The translations under genes were made by a program, and so were the position numbers. The notes beneath the pieces were generated by a model. The model was not told where the DNA came from and made no database searches. It saw only the letters and a list, made by a program, of their open reading frames with translations. Of a DNA stretch of 38,696 bases, positions 1 through 10,794 are shown piece after piece. The first letter of the stretch is position 1. Each line of letters opens with the position of its first letter. Origin of the DNA: Squatina squatina (Eukaryota); assembly GCA_031763465.1 (NCBI GenBank), contig JARFOE010000162.1, positions 9,245,060 through 9,283,755 on the forward strand, in the 5' to 3' direction.

Positions 1-500
1 TAATTAGTGCTGCAGCATTTCAAGCGTGGCGACAGCCAATTTAGGCCCTATGCCTCTATATTTATAAAGCCCAGGATCCCGTATGCTTTTGTAACCGCTT
101 TCTCAACTGGCCCTGCCACAGTCAATGATTTATGCACATATACTCCCAGGTGTCTCTGTTTATGCATCCACTTTAGAATTGTACCCTTAATTTATATTGC
201 CTCTCCTCGTTCTTCCTACCAAAATGTATCATTTTGCACTTTTCTGCTTTAAATTTCATCTGTAATGTGCTCCGCCCACTTCACCAAACTGTCTGTCCTC
301 TTGAAGTCTATCACTATCCTCCTCATGGTTCACTATACTCCTAAGTTTTGTGTCATCTGCTGATGCTGAAATTGTGCCCTGTATACCCAAGTCCAAGTCA
401 TTAATATCTCAAGAAAAGCAGTCGTCCTAGTACCAACCCCTGGGGAAAACCACTTTATACCGTCCTCCAATCCAAAAAAACAACCATTCACCACTACTCT
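1..500 (-). mobile_element. CR1-clade LINE, degenerate reverse transcriptase fragment
   Basis: The minus strand reads as decayed CR1 RT: RVVVNGCF..SGFPQGLVLG..INDLDLGIQGTISASADDTKL (degenerate FADDTKL), with frameshifts. Confidence 0.85.
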
Positions 501-791
501 NNNNNNNNNNNNNNNNNNNNNNNNNNNNNNNNNNNNNNNNNNNNNNNNNNNNNNNNNNNNNNNNNNNNNNNNNNNNNNNNNNNNNNNNNNNNNNNNNNNN
601 CAGTATTGGTATGTCCGACCTTCCTCATCACCCGCCTATGGCCAAGATTGCCACTCCTGGGGAATTTCCCATCTTTGATGCAGTGTTTTTCTGGGACCAC
701 ACACCATGTAATTGTTCCCCACCCATATTCCCAGTACAGATAGGGTGTTCCAATTGGAGGTAAGCTCTGAATATATTCTTGCTTCCTCCAG

Positions 792-970
792 CTCTGAAGA
801 TGAGTTAGACATTCTCCTCCATGGTACGCCTGAACGCAAACGCAAACTGATCAAGGAGTACTTAACGGGGGAAAGCGAGTCCAGTGATGATGAATTTGAG
901 AAAGAGATGGCAGCAGAGCTGGATTCCACCATGAAGGTCATCGAGGGCAGCTGGGCATTAGCAGCTGAAG
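792..970 (+). CDS. EAPP: E2F-associated phosphoprotein, internal exon (exon 2-like)
   Basis: cag acceptor at 789-791 and gtatgg donor at 971. Encodes SEDELDILLHGTPERKRKLIKEYLTGESESSDDEFEKEMAAELDSTMK, matching human EAPP SEDEVDVLLHGTPDQKRKLIRECLTGESES. Confidence 0.93.
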
Positions 971-1358
971 GTATGGTCACAGCTTTTCCTGTAAATTAAA
1001 ATAATGTGATCGTAATATTTTATGTCATTCCCTTGCCTTCAATTTTACTCTGGTTTTAATAAATTAGACTCCAGAGACTTATTGTTCTGAGCGAGTGTTG
1101 AAGTGGATTTTTAAATTTTTTTTNNNNNNNNNNNNNNNNNNNNNNNNNNNNNNNNNNNNNNNNNNNNNNNNNNNNNNNNNNNNNNNNNNNNNNNNNNNNN
1201 NNNNNNNNNNNNNNNNNNNNNNNCACGCATGCTTGAAACTGGCTGGTGATTGCACCAGCTCATTTGACAGGCATGAGAGGGAAGTGTTCAACACTGAAAT
1301 TAAAAAAAAAACTCCACATTGGTGTCGTAATGATGTCCCCTTTATATTGTTCCTTCAG

Positions 1359-1641
1359 GCACGACTTGTACAAAGAGCAGTACAGGGCTATGTTTGTGAT
1401 GAATTGTATCATTAACAGAGGAGAAGTTCTCAAATACAAGGAGCCAGCAAACAGAAAGAGAAGGAACAGGTACAAGAGGGTGAAAGGTCCAACAGGAGCG
1501 ATCTCGACTGGCTCACAGCAGGATGTGGAGAAAGACGAGATATACCATCCAGTGCGCTGTGCAGAGTGTTCAGTGGAAGTGGCCGTGTTTGACAAGGATG
1601 AAGTGTATCATTTCTTTAATGTTCTAGCCAGCCACTGTTAA
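1359..1641 (+). CDS. EAPP: E2F-associated phosphoprotein, terminal coding exon
   Basis: ttcag acceptor. Encodes HDLYKEQYRAMFVMNC...EIYHPVRCAECSVEVAVFDKDEVYHFFNVLASHC*, the EAPP C-terminal domain. Confidence 0.95.
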
Positions 1642-1771
1642 ATCTGATCACGTTTCTTTTTTGTCAAGAAGTAGCTTAAATTCTGCTTGCTAATTTTTTT
1701 AAATAATTCTCACGTTAACTATTGTAGAAGTGGATACTGCAAGCCCACTCTGCTGAGATGGAACAATGAGC

Positions 1772-1777
1772 AATAAA
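1772..1777 (+). terminator. Candidate polyadenylation signal for EAPP
   Basis: AATAAA 130 nt after the stop codon, with an ATTAAA variant at 1806-1811. Confidence 0.45.
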
Positions 1778-2156
1778 GACCAGCTTATTGCTCAACTGTC
1801 CTGACATTAAATAGCACTATTCGATCCCCCAACTTCACGTGTGTAACTGAGCCATACAGAGCAGCGGGTCCCAAATGTGACTCCTGCTCTGTGCTGAGTG
1901 ATCTCAGCAGGTATTGCTGCACTAGTCAGAGTTCCCACTCCTGCATGAGAACAGGATCTGGTCCTCTTTGTGCTGTGCTCAGTTGGCCCACTTGCCAGTC
2001 TGGCATGGAAAGAACATCCGTGTTAGATACTGAGGGCCTCGGCCTTCCCCCGCGGCNNNNNNNNNNNNNNNNNNNNNNNNNNNNNNNNNNNNNNNNNNNN
2101 NNNNNNNNNNNNNNNNNNNNNNNNNNNNNNNNNNNNNNNNNNNNNNNNNNNNNNNN

Positions 2157-2788
2157 TGCTTACTAATCCTTTGTGAAAGATTTGTGAAAAACCTAAGTGG
2201 AAGAAAAGAAAAACAGCAAAAAATGGAATCCATATGGATTGAAATAAGGGATCGATCACACTAGTAGGACCATACTACAGATCGCCTAATAGTGGAAAGG
2301 AGGTGGAGGAAGAAATATATAACCAAATAAGTGAAATGAGTAAAGGACATAGAATAATAATCTATGTCAATTATATTATAGAGATTTTAACTACCCACAA
2401 ATAAATTGGCAAGAGCTGGTAGTGAAAGGGGTTCAGGGAATGGAATTTTTACAATGTGTACAGAACTCCTTTCTTACCCAAAGCCCAACAAGAGAACGAG
2501 CACTGTTGTAATTAGTAATGGGAAATGAACAGGAATAGATAAGAGAAGTAAGCTTCGGGGAACATCTAGGAAATAGCAATCACAACATAATAAGGTTTAA
2601 GATAAAGATTGAAAAGAACATAATTAAGACAAATGCCAAAGCAATGAATTGGAAAAAAGCTGGTTTTAAGTGGATGGGAATGGAACTAGGGAAAATAAAG
2701 TGGAAAATTTACTGACATACAAAGAAATAGAACAGCAGTGGGATACATTTAAAATGGTGATCAATAGAGTCCAATAGAAATATATCCC
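2157..2788 (+). mobile_element. CR1-clade LINE, degenerate ORF2 endonuclease/linker fragment
   Basis: Purine-rich decayed coding sequence with TLVGPYYRSPNS, DFNYPQINW, EFLQCVQNSFLTQ and HLGNSNHNIIRFKI motifs typical of the CR1 APE domain. Confidence 0.8.
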
Positions 2789-2888
2789 NNNNNNNNNNNN
2801 NNNNNNNNNNNNNNNNNNNNNNNNNNNNNNNNNNNNNNNNNNNNNNNNNNNNNNNNNNNNNNNNNNNNNNNNNNNNNNNNNNNNNNNN

Positions 2889-2967
2889 CGGCGGTGCGGT
2901 GGTTAGTCTGCGGCGCTGCGGGGTCTGTGGTGTTTAGTCTGGTGGTGTGGTGTTTAGTCTGTGGTAG
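2889..2967. repeat. Degenerate minisatellite (GTGGTGTTTAGTCT-like unit)
   Basis: About 3-4 imperfect copies of (g)tggtg(t)ttagtctg next to a gap. Confidence 0.55.
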
Positions 2968-2989
2968 CCAGTTAACTGGAGGGGTCTGA

Positions 2990-3180
2990 CATAAAAACAG
3001 AAAATGCTGGAAATACTCAGTAGGTTAGGCAGCATCTGCGGAGAGAGAAACAGTTAATTTTTCAGGTCAGTGACCTTTCCTCAGAACTGGAGAAGTTAGA
3101 GATGTACCGGGTTTTTAAGCACGTGTAGCGGCAGGGAAAAGGGGTAGGGGAGGAAAGAACAAAAGGGAAGGTCTGTGATC
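2990..3180 (-). mobile_element. Penelope-like element terminal (pLTR) fragment
   Basis: TGCTGGAAATACTCAG..GGCAGCATCTG.GGAGAGAGAAACAG..CAGGTC..GACC..TCAGAAC is the shark Penelope-type terminal repeat as I recall it. Partial sister copies lie at about 4790-4859 and (inverted) 16128-16161. Confidence 0.65.
3051..3089 (-). ncRNA. Minimal (type I, stem-III-less) hammerhead ribozyme motif within the Penelope-like terminus
   Basis: Minus strand reads CAGUU-CUGAGGA-A-AGGUC(ACU)GACCU-GAAA-AA-UU-AACUG: core boxes CUGANGA and GAAA, a 5-bp stem II hairpin, and a 5-bp stem I (CAGUU/AACUG) closing after UH. Confidence 0.6.
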
Positions 3181-3595
3181 CTGTCTTTACCTGACGTGTG
3201 TGTGTGTACGTTGTTCCATACCCCCACCACATGGCTGGCTCCTAATGCCCTCTGAATTGGCCCAGCAAGCTATTCAGTTATTTCTCAGGGCAACTCGGGA
3301 CAGGCAGTAAATGCAACCTTACCATCCACGTTCCGAGAGCACGTTAATTAAAAGTGTAGAGCTCCCACTGTTGCCCTGGCTGTGACTGGCTAATCTAGTG
3401 CAGAGCAGGGATTGAATCTGGGACTTTCCTGTCTATGGTTTAGACAGGGATTTTGCCATGATTTATTGGGGAGCTCGATCATAGCATCTATTATATCAGG
3501 TTTGAAGCAGTGGGTAATGGAAGTGTTGAGCTGGGACTGGTATTAAATGCATTGTGTGCTGGTGGCTAACTCGTGCTGTTGCTATCTTTTCCCAG

Positions 3596-3736
3596 GATGC
3601 CTTTGTGGCGCTGTATGGGAACAATGCTGCTGCACGTAGCCGTCAGTTGCACGAGTCAGTCGTGAATTGGATTATGGCACTAACGGCTGTGGGTGTGACA
3701 CTGGCCATTGCTGCATTCCTGGCCCGGAGAAGTTAA
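3596..3736 (+). CDS. Anti-apoptotic BCL-2 family (BCL-xL/BCL2L1-like) terminal exon: BH2 end + TM tail
   Basis: Polypyrimidine tract plus cag acceptor at the conserved phase-0 intron after GGW. Encodes DAFVALYGNNAAARSRQLHESVVNWIMALTAVGVTLAIAAFLARRS*, versus BCL-xL DTFVELYGNNAAAESRKGQERFNRWFLTGMTVAGVVLLGSLFSRK. Confidence 0.85.
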   Translation, partial: DAFVALYGNNAAARSRQLHESVVNWIMALTAVGVTLAIAAFLARRS

Positions 3737-3907
3737 CGGCTGCGAGACTACATGAAGAGGCAATCCTCGGTCAACAACCGCTGCATTGGAAGAATATTTT
3801 ATCCAACNNNNNNNNNNNNNNNNNNNNNNNNNNNNNNNNNNNNNNNNNNNNNNNNNNNNNNNNNNNNNNNNNNNNNNNNNNNNNNNNNNNNNNNNNNNNN
3901 NNNNNNN

Positions 3908-4010
3908 AGGGAAAGATGTGTTTGGTGGTGGGATCACGCTGGAGGTGGAGGAAATGGCGGCGGATGATCCATTGAATATGGAGACTGATGGGATGAAAGG
4001 TGGTTCTGGG
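3908..4010 (-). mobile_element. Penelope-like element ORF fragment (between RT and GIY-YIG)
   Basis: TTFHPISLHIQWIIRRHFLHLQRDPTTKHIFP resembles the PLE linker motif (TFHPTSLHIQRIIxRHFxxLQxDxTTxxIFP). Confidence 0.7.
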
Positions 4011-4977
4011 AGGGAGGAGAAGGGGTGAGAGCAGAAGTACAGGAAATAGAACGGACATGGTCCAGGATATCCCTCTTTTTGGCCATGAGAGATGATTCCT
4101 GGAATCTCACCCTTCCTTCCAATTTTACAATCAGAGCAAGAGTTACTTGTGAGGGTCACAAGGTGTAGCGTTTGAGTCTGTTACCATGAGTAAGAGGCAG
4201 TACACTTGCACACTGGCGTGGTCTTTAGCAAAGCCTTTAATATAGCAGGCACATTGTATAGGATTAGTGTACTTTATAGTAATGTGTATGAAGGACTACG
4301 TGGACTAATGTAGGGTTACATGTATGGAGTGCGACATGGGATGTGTTGTGCAGTGCTGTACACAGTGTAATCCATGAGCATGTTGTTTAGGACTAAGGTG
4401 ACAGAATTGTTCAACTGTTTCACATCAGACTTTACCAAACCTGGAAAACAGATTAGTATAAATAGTTAGCACTCAGGAGACGTTAGTGTGCTACTAGATT
4501 ACCCACCATGTAGTTTTTCATAGTCTCATTGATGAGGTCAATTCCCTCCGGGAGTGGAATCTGCACTCCTTCCAGAGTTCGCTCTGAGCAGAGAAAGAAC
4601 AAAAACAGCTGGACAGTGAGCATCTGTGTGGGACGGTGGGCTCGCATTAGCACCACTTACATATTCCTTACTGTCGGCTTGGGGTTGAAGGTGCTGCCAG
4701 GTGAAGTACTGAACCACATAGAGTTTAACATTCTAGACTACATTCAGCGTATAGTCAATCAAGGTTACAATGGGCACACTACATACTGCAGAAGCGAAAT
4801 ACTCCGGATGCTGGAATCTAGAATACAAACAAAAAAAGCTGGAAAAACTCAGCAGGTCANNNNNNNNNNNNNNNNNNNNNNNNNNNNNNNNNNNNNNNNN
4901 NNNNNNNNNNNNNNNNNNNNNNNNNNNNNNNNNNNNNNNNNNNNNNNNNNNNNNNNNNNGACCCCTGGAAAATTCCG

Positions 4978-5078
4978 GCCAGAGAGAGAGCAGGAGCGCG
5001 AGCAGGAGCGAGAGAGCGCGAGCAGGAGCGAGAGAGCGCGAGCAGGAGCGAGAGAGCGCGAGCAGGAGAGAGTGAGAA
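4978..5078. repeat. 20-bp minisatellite (AGCAGGAGCGAGAGAGCGCG)n
   Basis: Three perfect copies at 5001-5060 plus degenerate flanks. Lies in a PLTP intron. Confidence 0.9.
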
Positions 5079-5118
5079 GAGCAATAACAGTCTCTGTCAT
5101 TTACTGTAAGTTACTTAC

Positions 5119-5178
5119 CATCAGAATGATTGCAGCAAAGAACGTAGTCCGGAGCAAATAAGCAAGGTCCGCTGACAT
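5119..5178 (-). CDS. PLTP: Phospholipid transfer protein, 60-nt internal exon
   Basis: ttttcag acceptor and gtaagt donor. Encodes MSADLAYLLRTTFFAAIILM versus human VPHDLDMLLRATYFGSIVLL; in phase with the 177-nt exon across a 90-nt intron. Confidence 0.85.
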
Positions 5179-5268
5179 CTGAAAACAAATTGAAAATGAG
5201 TTGGTTAAGTAACTGTTGTCAGTGATTTGTTTTGTAAGACATGAGGCTGTAATGATTCAGAGCCATAC

Positions 5269-5445
5269 CTTGTTCTCGGGGATCTCTGTCCGCAGCACTC
5301 CAGCTTTATAATAGGAGTACATGGCAGAATCAAAGAAGTACTCAGACAGGGAGATGTGCACCATTCTCTCTTTGCCCTTCAGAAGAGGTGAAATTGCATT
5401 GTTCGGCAGTGTATCATTCACATTCTCGAGAGCGTAGAACATCCC
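5269..5445 (-). CDS. PLTP: Phospholipid transfer protein, 177-nt internal exon
   Basis: tttcag acceptor and gtatgg donor. Encodes GMFYALENVNDTLPNNAISPLLKGKERMVHISLSEYFFDSAMYSYYKAGVL versus human ERMVYVAFSEFFFDSAMESYFRAGAL. Divergently oriented to PCIF1, as in human. Confidence 0.9.
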
Positions 5446-5569
5446 CTGAAACAGGAGCAGAATTAAGCAAGGGGGAAGGAAGTTAGCAGTGCAGAGTGTG
5501 GCCACAATCCAGGGCTTTCCATCACAACAAACATCAGGAATAAAATCAGATCAAACCCACGATCCCAAC

Positions 5570-5680
5570 TGTTGTGTTTCCTACATTACAACAGCAATGA
5601 CACTAGACATTGACCCTTTGGCTGTGAGCTACTTTGGGACATCTTGAGGATGAGAAAAGCTACATAAATGCATCTCATTT
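5570..5680 (+). mobile_element. DeuSINE/SacSINE1-like SINE 3' tail fragment
   Basis: TTTCCTACATTACAACAG..GGCTGTGAGCTACTTTGGGACATCTTGAGG..AAAAGCTACATAAATGCA matches the tails of the copies at 30480-30832 and 17765-18130. Confidence 0.6.
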
Positions 5681-6322
5681 TCCAGTACAAAGCAGGAGGG
5701 GACAGGGTATTGTAAAGAAAGACTGCAGACATGTGTGAAATGGTTTAAGTGGTGCGCACANNNNNNNNNNNNNNNNNNNNNNNNNNNNNNNNNNNNNNNN
5801 NNNNNNNNNNNNNNNNNNNNNNNNNNNNNNNNNNNNNNNNNNNNNNNNNNNNNNNNNNNNGAAAGTGGCTGGGGAACGCGCCGAAGTCGGAGACGCAGAG
5901 GTTTACTCAATTGTATTCATCCGTTTACTGCCAGCCTGCCAATTTGGGAAAACCAGCTGCAGGAAGAGATCTGTGATCGCAGCAGGTGGGCATTGGGTTT
6001 AGGTGACATTGCCTTGGAAGCCTTTGTAGATTTTGTGACAGGAAACGAGTTGCACCTTCATTAGAGAGAGGTTGGGGTTGCAATTAATGAAACCAATGGA
6101 AAAGAATGTCGGGTGGGGTGTAAAACGGACTGTCGATTCGCTATTGCCATCAAAAAGCAAATTCAACCCTTCTTTCTAACATAAACCTATAGCTGAATGT
6201 TGCAATGGGTTAAGCTTCTCAGGTTCAGAGTACAATTTTTCTTGGGCCTAACTGGTGCAGAATGCTGTGACTGAAACTGTTGAACATAATATATTAATTC
6301 TCCTTCTTACTTTTTTCTACAG

Positions 6323-6579
6323 ATAGATGCGCCATTAACTCCCACAACTCCGACAATTCCTATTTCTCCCATTGCTGTTGGCACTCCTAGCACACCTGTA
6401 TCCCGAACAAGTGGATCCAATTCGGCTGATGAAAAACCACAGCCATCGCCGTCACCAGCACCGACACCGACACCACCAGCAGCAGCAGCAGCAGTAGCAG
6501 CATCAGCATCATCATCATCATCCTCCTCCTCCTTGTCTTCCCCATCTGTGCTTGCAGCTACACCTATCCGTCCGACAGC
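6323..6579 (+). CDS. PCIF1: PCIF1/CAPAM internal exon (Pro/Ser/Ala-rich linker, expanded)
   Basis: ttttttctacag acceptor and gtaagt donor. Open frame IDAPLTPTTPTIPISP...DEKPQ...PIRPT versus human IEIPVTPTGQSVPSSP...EDKQQAALLRPT. Its phase-2 end joins the next exon in frame (GC|T GTG TAC TGG). Confidence 0.85.
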
Positions 6580-7207
6580 GTAAGTGCATATCCTCAAATT
6601 CCGACTGCAGGAGGGTGGGAATCTTGAGGATTTTTAATGGTTAAATTAGTTGCACAGAGCTATATGGAGTTTATTCATTGTAGTAATGGTTAAAATCTAC
6701 CAGCCCTCCGACAAAGACTCCTGCACGCAATTGCTGTCCACTCTTGATGGATTAAAAATCAGCCCTGTTACTACTAAAATCCAGCGGGAGAAGTATTGGG
6801 AATCAGGTCCAAGCTGAAGTAGTGTCTGCGATCAGTGCTCATATTCAGATGTAAGTTGGTGTAACATCATTGCTCAAATCCAATCTAGNNNNNNNNNNNN
6901 NNNNNNNNNNNNNNNNNNNNNNNNNNNNNNNNNNNNNNNNNNNNNNNNNNNNNNNNNNNNNNNNNNNNNNNNNNNNNNNNNNNNNNNNCAGGAATGAATA
7001 GCCGAGGTTCAGCTATATGCCTGTAATATCAGCAGAGTTTAAGTGAGGGGGGTTTGATTTGATTTTAGCAGTGATATTGGACTATATGGAGTTCAGCCAT
7101 GTGCATTTTATAAACTAAGAGGACCCATATTGAGAGGTATCTAGATGTCAGTGATTGTCACTAAAAACTTGGATTATGTGAATCACAAATTAAAATCTCT
7201 GTTGCAG

Positions 7208-7362
7208 TGTGTACTGGGACCTTGATATTCCAACTAACGCAGTGATTAAGGAGCGCGCTCCGATAGAAATGCTTCCGCCACACCCGGACGTGGAGATATT
7301 ACGAGCACAGCTGACAGTGAAACTGAGACAACACTATCAGGAGTTGTGCCAACAGAGAGAAG
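7208..7362 (+). CDS. PCIF1: PCIF1/CAPAM internal exon
   Basis: Encodes VYWDLDIPTNAVIKERAPIEMLPPHPDVEILRAQLTVKLRQHYQELCQQRE, with cag/gtaat boundaries. Confidence 0.95.
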
Positions 7363-8050
7363 GTAATCTTCACAGCTGGCATGGGTGCAAACGTGTTCTG
7401 TTCCATGCACTGATGTTGGTCATCTTGATGAGCGCACAAAAAATTCAAAAAGAATAAAAAGATAAGCATACATGCTTCATATTTCAGGCTGTAGGTTTTA
7501 TTCCAGTGTAGAAAGCTTTATTTTTCTATCTGCCAAAAGGGATTTGGGGCCTTTGACAAATGATGCATGTTCTTGAGAAAGATCAAATAGCCTGTGGTGT
7601 TGTTGGGACACGATCTCCACTTAACTTTGTGCTAAAATGCTTCTTTAAATGCTAAAATCTATTCAAAACCTGTGTATTTTCCTCCATTAACTACTAATGG
7701 GCCTATGTAACCTGAGCTTTTCCCGTGTTCGCTGCCTCCTTACGAGCAGCAACCCCAACTGTCCCATCTCTCACCGACCTTCCCGCCCAGCGCGCCCACT
7801 GGGGACTAATCATGCCAATCCCCTCCCCGTCCATCTCTTTCCCCNNNNNNNNNNNNNNNNNNNNNNNNNNNNNNNNNNNNNNNNNNNNNNNNNNNNNNNN
7901 NNNNNNNNNNNNNNNNNNNNNNNNNNNNNNNNNNNNNNNNNNNNACAAGGATCTTGACTCGTCCTGTTGTGTGCTCAGTAAATCTATGTCTGTGAGTAGC
8001 AAGCTTGCTGCTCATTTTGCTTTGCTCATTACATATGGTGCTTCCCCCAG

Positions 8051-8150
8051 GAATGCTACCCCAGATGTCAGGAAAACCGTGAAGTGGAATGTTGAAGATA
8101 CTTTCAACTGGCTGCGAAAGGAACCGTCTGCCACAAAGGAAGATTACATG
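8051..8150 (+). CDS. PCIF1: PCIF1/CAPAM internal exon
   Basis: Encodes [33 protein letters not shown], with cag/gtaagg boundaries. Confidence 0.95.
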
Positions 8151-8289
8151 GTAAGGGGCATATTATACGGTAAGGGGTGGGTTACAGAGCAAGGAGACAG
8201 TGATACGGGAAGGGGAAGATTACAGGATAAAGGAAGAATATACAGCAAAGGGAAGATTACACAGTAAAGTTGACGCAGTAGTTCTTTGA

Positions 8290-8672
8290 AGTAATGCAGA
8301 GGGTGATGAGGGTAGTGGTTGTATATGGACTTTCACAAACCATTTGATAAAGTACTTCATAATAGACTTGTTAGCAAAATTGAAGCCCAATGGGATTAAA
8401 GGGACAGTGGCAGCATGGATATGAAATTGGCTAAGAGACAGAAAGCAGAGAGTAGTGGTGAACGGTTGCTTTTTCAGTCTGGAGGGAAGGATACAGTGCT
8501 GTTCCCCAGGTGTTGGGACCCCTGCTCTTATTGAAGTATATTAATGATCTGGATTTGGATACGTAGGCATAATTTCAAAGTTTGCAGATGACGCGAAACT
8601 CAGAAATGTAATAAACAATGAGGAGGATAGTAACCGATTTCAGGAAGTCATTGACAGACTGGTGAAATGGGC
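8290..8672 (+). mobile_element. CR1-clade LINE RT fragment (PCIF1 intron)
   Basis: VYMDFHKPFDKVLHNRLVSKI, RKQRVVVNGCF, YINDLDL and SKFADDAKL motifs, with stops and frameshifts. Confidence 0.85.
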
Positions 8673-9096
8673 NNNNNNNNNNNNNNNNNNNNNNNNNNNN
8701 NNNNNNNNNNNNNNNNNNNNNNNNNNNNNNNNNNNNNNNNNNNNNNNNNNNNNNNNNNNNNNNNNNNNNNNNAGATTTCTCCCATTTTGCACTCAAGCGT
8801 GGACATCCATGCATCCACACAAACTCAGAATTACCTACAGCCTCATGTAGGTTTGAAAGCCACTAGTACACATAACTGTAGAATCCCTTTTCCAGATCCA
8901 TATCGTGAGAGAGTACAGCAGAAGGATAAAAGCCTGGTACTGAGAAACTGGAAACCACTATTGAAGAGGCATAATGACAGGGAGAATGGAAATGGGTGGA
9001 TTGTTTAAACACCATTTACAGAAGCTGGTTTGTAGATGTATGCAGTCACCTGAGCTGTTCGACGAATTCCTGAATCAGTCTTTTATCTGTTTGCAG

Positions 9097-9259
9097 GAGA
9101 GACTCGAGCACTTGCGGAAACAGTGCGGGCCCCATGTGGCAGCAGTGGCTAAAGATTCTGTGGAAGCAATCTGTGGGAAGATCTACTACATATCTGGTGA
9201 CTACGTGAAGCGAGTCCGAGAGAAGCATTTAGCCTTGCTCAAAGAGTGCAATATATCAG
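9097..9259 (+). CDS. PCIF1: PCIF1/CAPAM internal exon
   Basis: Encodes ERLEHLRKQCGPHVAAVAKDSVEAICGKIYYISGDYVKRVREKHLALLKECNIS, with cag/gtgaga boundaries. Confidence 0.95.
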
Positions 9260-9879
9260 GTGAGAGAGACACACCGGCAGGATGCTGCTGTTGAAACTGA
9301 GATCATGTTGCAAATAGTCACGTTTCAATTCGAACAGTAAACTTGTGTCTTTGTAAGTCAGCCACTGAGATTCAAATTTTATTTAAATTCAGTCTCGTGT
9401 GTGGCGTTACTGGCAGGATTAGTAGTTATTGCACATGTCCAGTTGAGCTGTTGGCTTGTTGGGCCACTTCAGAGGCAATCATGTTGCACTCACATATCGG
9501 CCCGGCCAGATAAAGACATTAGTGAACAATTGGGGTTTNNNNNNNNNNNNNNNNNNNNNNNNNNNNNNNNNNNNNNNNNNNNNNNNNNNNNNNNNNNNNN
9601 NNNNNNNNNNNNNNNNNNNNNNNNNNNNNNNNNNNNNNTTGGGAGAACAAATAATTAGACATTTTCAGAGAAATTCAGCAGCGTTGCATTCACCACTGTA
9701 CTCTTCTGTTCCCATCTCCAACTCGCGCTCTCATCTAACCTAGTGAGGCTGCTGTACGGGACATCGAGAAAGGTTTCCCATTCCAGCAGTTCCCTTGTGC
9801 AACCTTGCTGGTTTTGCCACTGGATGTAAGTCAACAGAAAAGTGATTTGGTTATTAAGTATTTGTCCTTTTTTTTTTAG

Positions 9880-9966
9880 GAACAGCTCTATAGGTACAGT
9901 TGTATTGATGACGTACGGTTTGAAAAATTCTTGGCACGAGTCTGGTGCTTACTCAGGAGATACCAG
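9880..9966 (+). CDS. PCIF1: PCIF1/CAPAM 87-nt internal exon
   Basis: Poly-T plus tag acceptor and gtaagc donor. Encodes [29 protein letters not shown] versus human [29 protein letters not shown]. Confidence 0.95.
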
Positions 9967-10239
9967 GTAAGCTGTAAACCCATTTTAGTTCAGTGAGAAA
10001 CATTTATTCCCTGAGTGGTTTAAGCTCCACATAGAGACATGTTTTTCCCACTGTGCCCTGGGTACTCTTCACTCAACATGAAGCCGTTTACTGGAGTGTT
10101 TCCTTTGCTGTTTTCCTCCCATTGTCAGAAGTTGATTCNNNNNNNNNNNNNNNNNNNNNNNNNNNNNNNNNNNNNNNNNNNNNNNNNNNNNNNNNNNNNN
10201 NNNNNNNNNNNNNNNNNNNNNNNNNNNNNNNNNNNNNNA

Positions 10240-10510
10240 GGTGGAGAGTCTGAGAGATTTAGAGAGGGAATTTCAGAGCTTTAGGGCCTGGCAGCTAAAC
10301 GCATAGTTGCCAGTCGAAGGGCGAAAGAAGTCAGGGGTGCACTAGACTTCAGAGTTGGAGGAGTGCAGAGGTCTCGGAGGGCTGGAGGAGGTTACTGAGA
10401 GGGAGCGGCGAGGCCATAGAGGGATTTGAATACAAGGATGAGAATTTTAAAATTGATGTGTTGGTGGACGGGAGCCACTGCAGGTCTGCGAGGGCAAGGA
10501 TGATAGTTTG
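10240..10510 (-). mobile_element. L2-clade LINE 3' ORF2 fragment
   Basis: The minus strand gives LADLQWLP..(TTTAAAATTCTCATCCTTGTATTCAAATCCCTC), the same family as 24150-24350. Confidence 0.75.
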
Positions 10511-10794
10511 CAAGGAAGAGGGATCGAGGATCAGTTTTCACAGTGAGGGAGAGATTACGCAGTGAGCGGAGGGGGGGGCAGTGGTTTAATGCCGTTAGAT
10601 AGGGTCATATCCCTGGGTTTGTGCTGTGGGTGTTGGATCGCTGTGTTTGCTGAAGATGAGGGTTGGATTGTGCTGTGTGTAAGTGCCCTGTGATTGTTCC
10701 ACACTGAGGGACCATGACCTCTGTGTGTTGTACACCTGTCTGTAGAGCTGATGCTGAACAGTGTGAAAGCTGCTGCTTGTTTTCTCCTTTACAG

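Noticed and set aside
4529-5161. 210-aa ORF with an RE/RA-rich tail
   Set aside because: It reads through an N gap and a 20-bp minisatellite, and is antisense to a PLTP exon.
6307-6597. Minus-strand acidic/Ala/Gly ORF
   Set aside because: Antisense shadow of the PCIF1 low-complexity exon.
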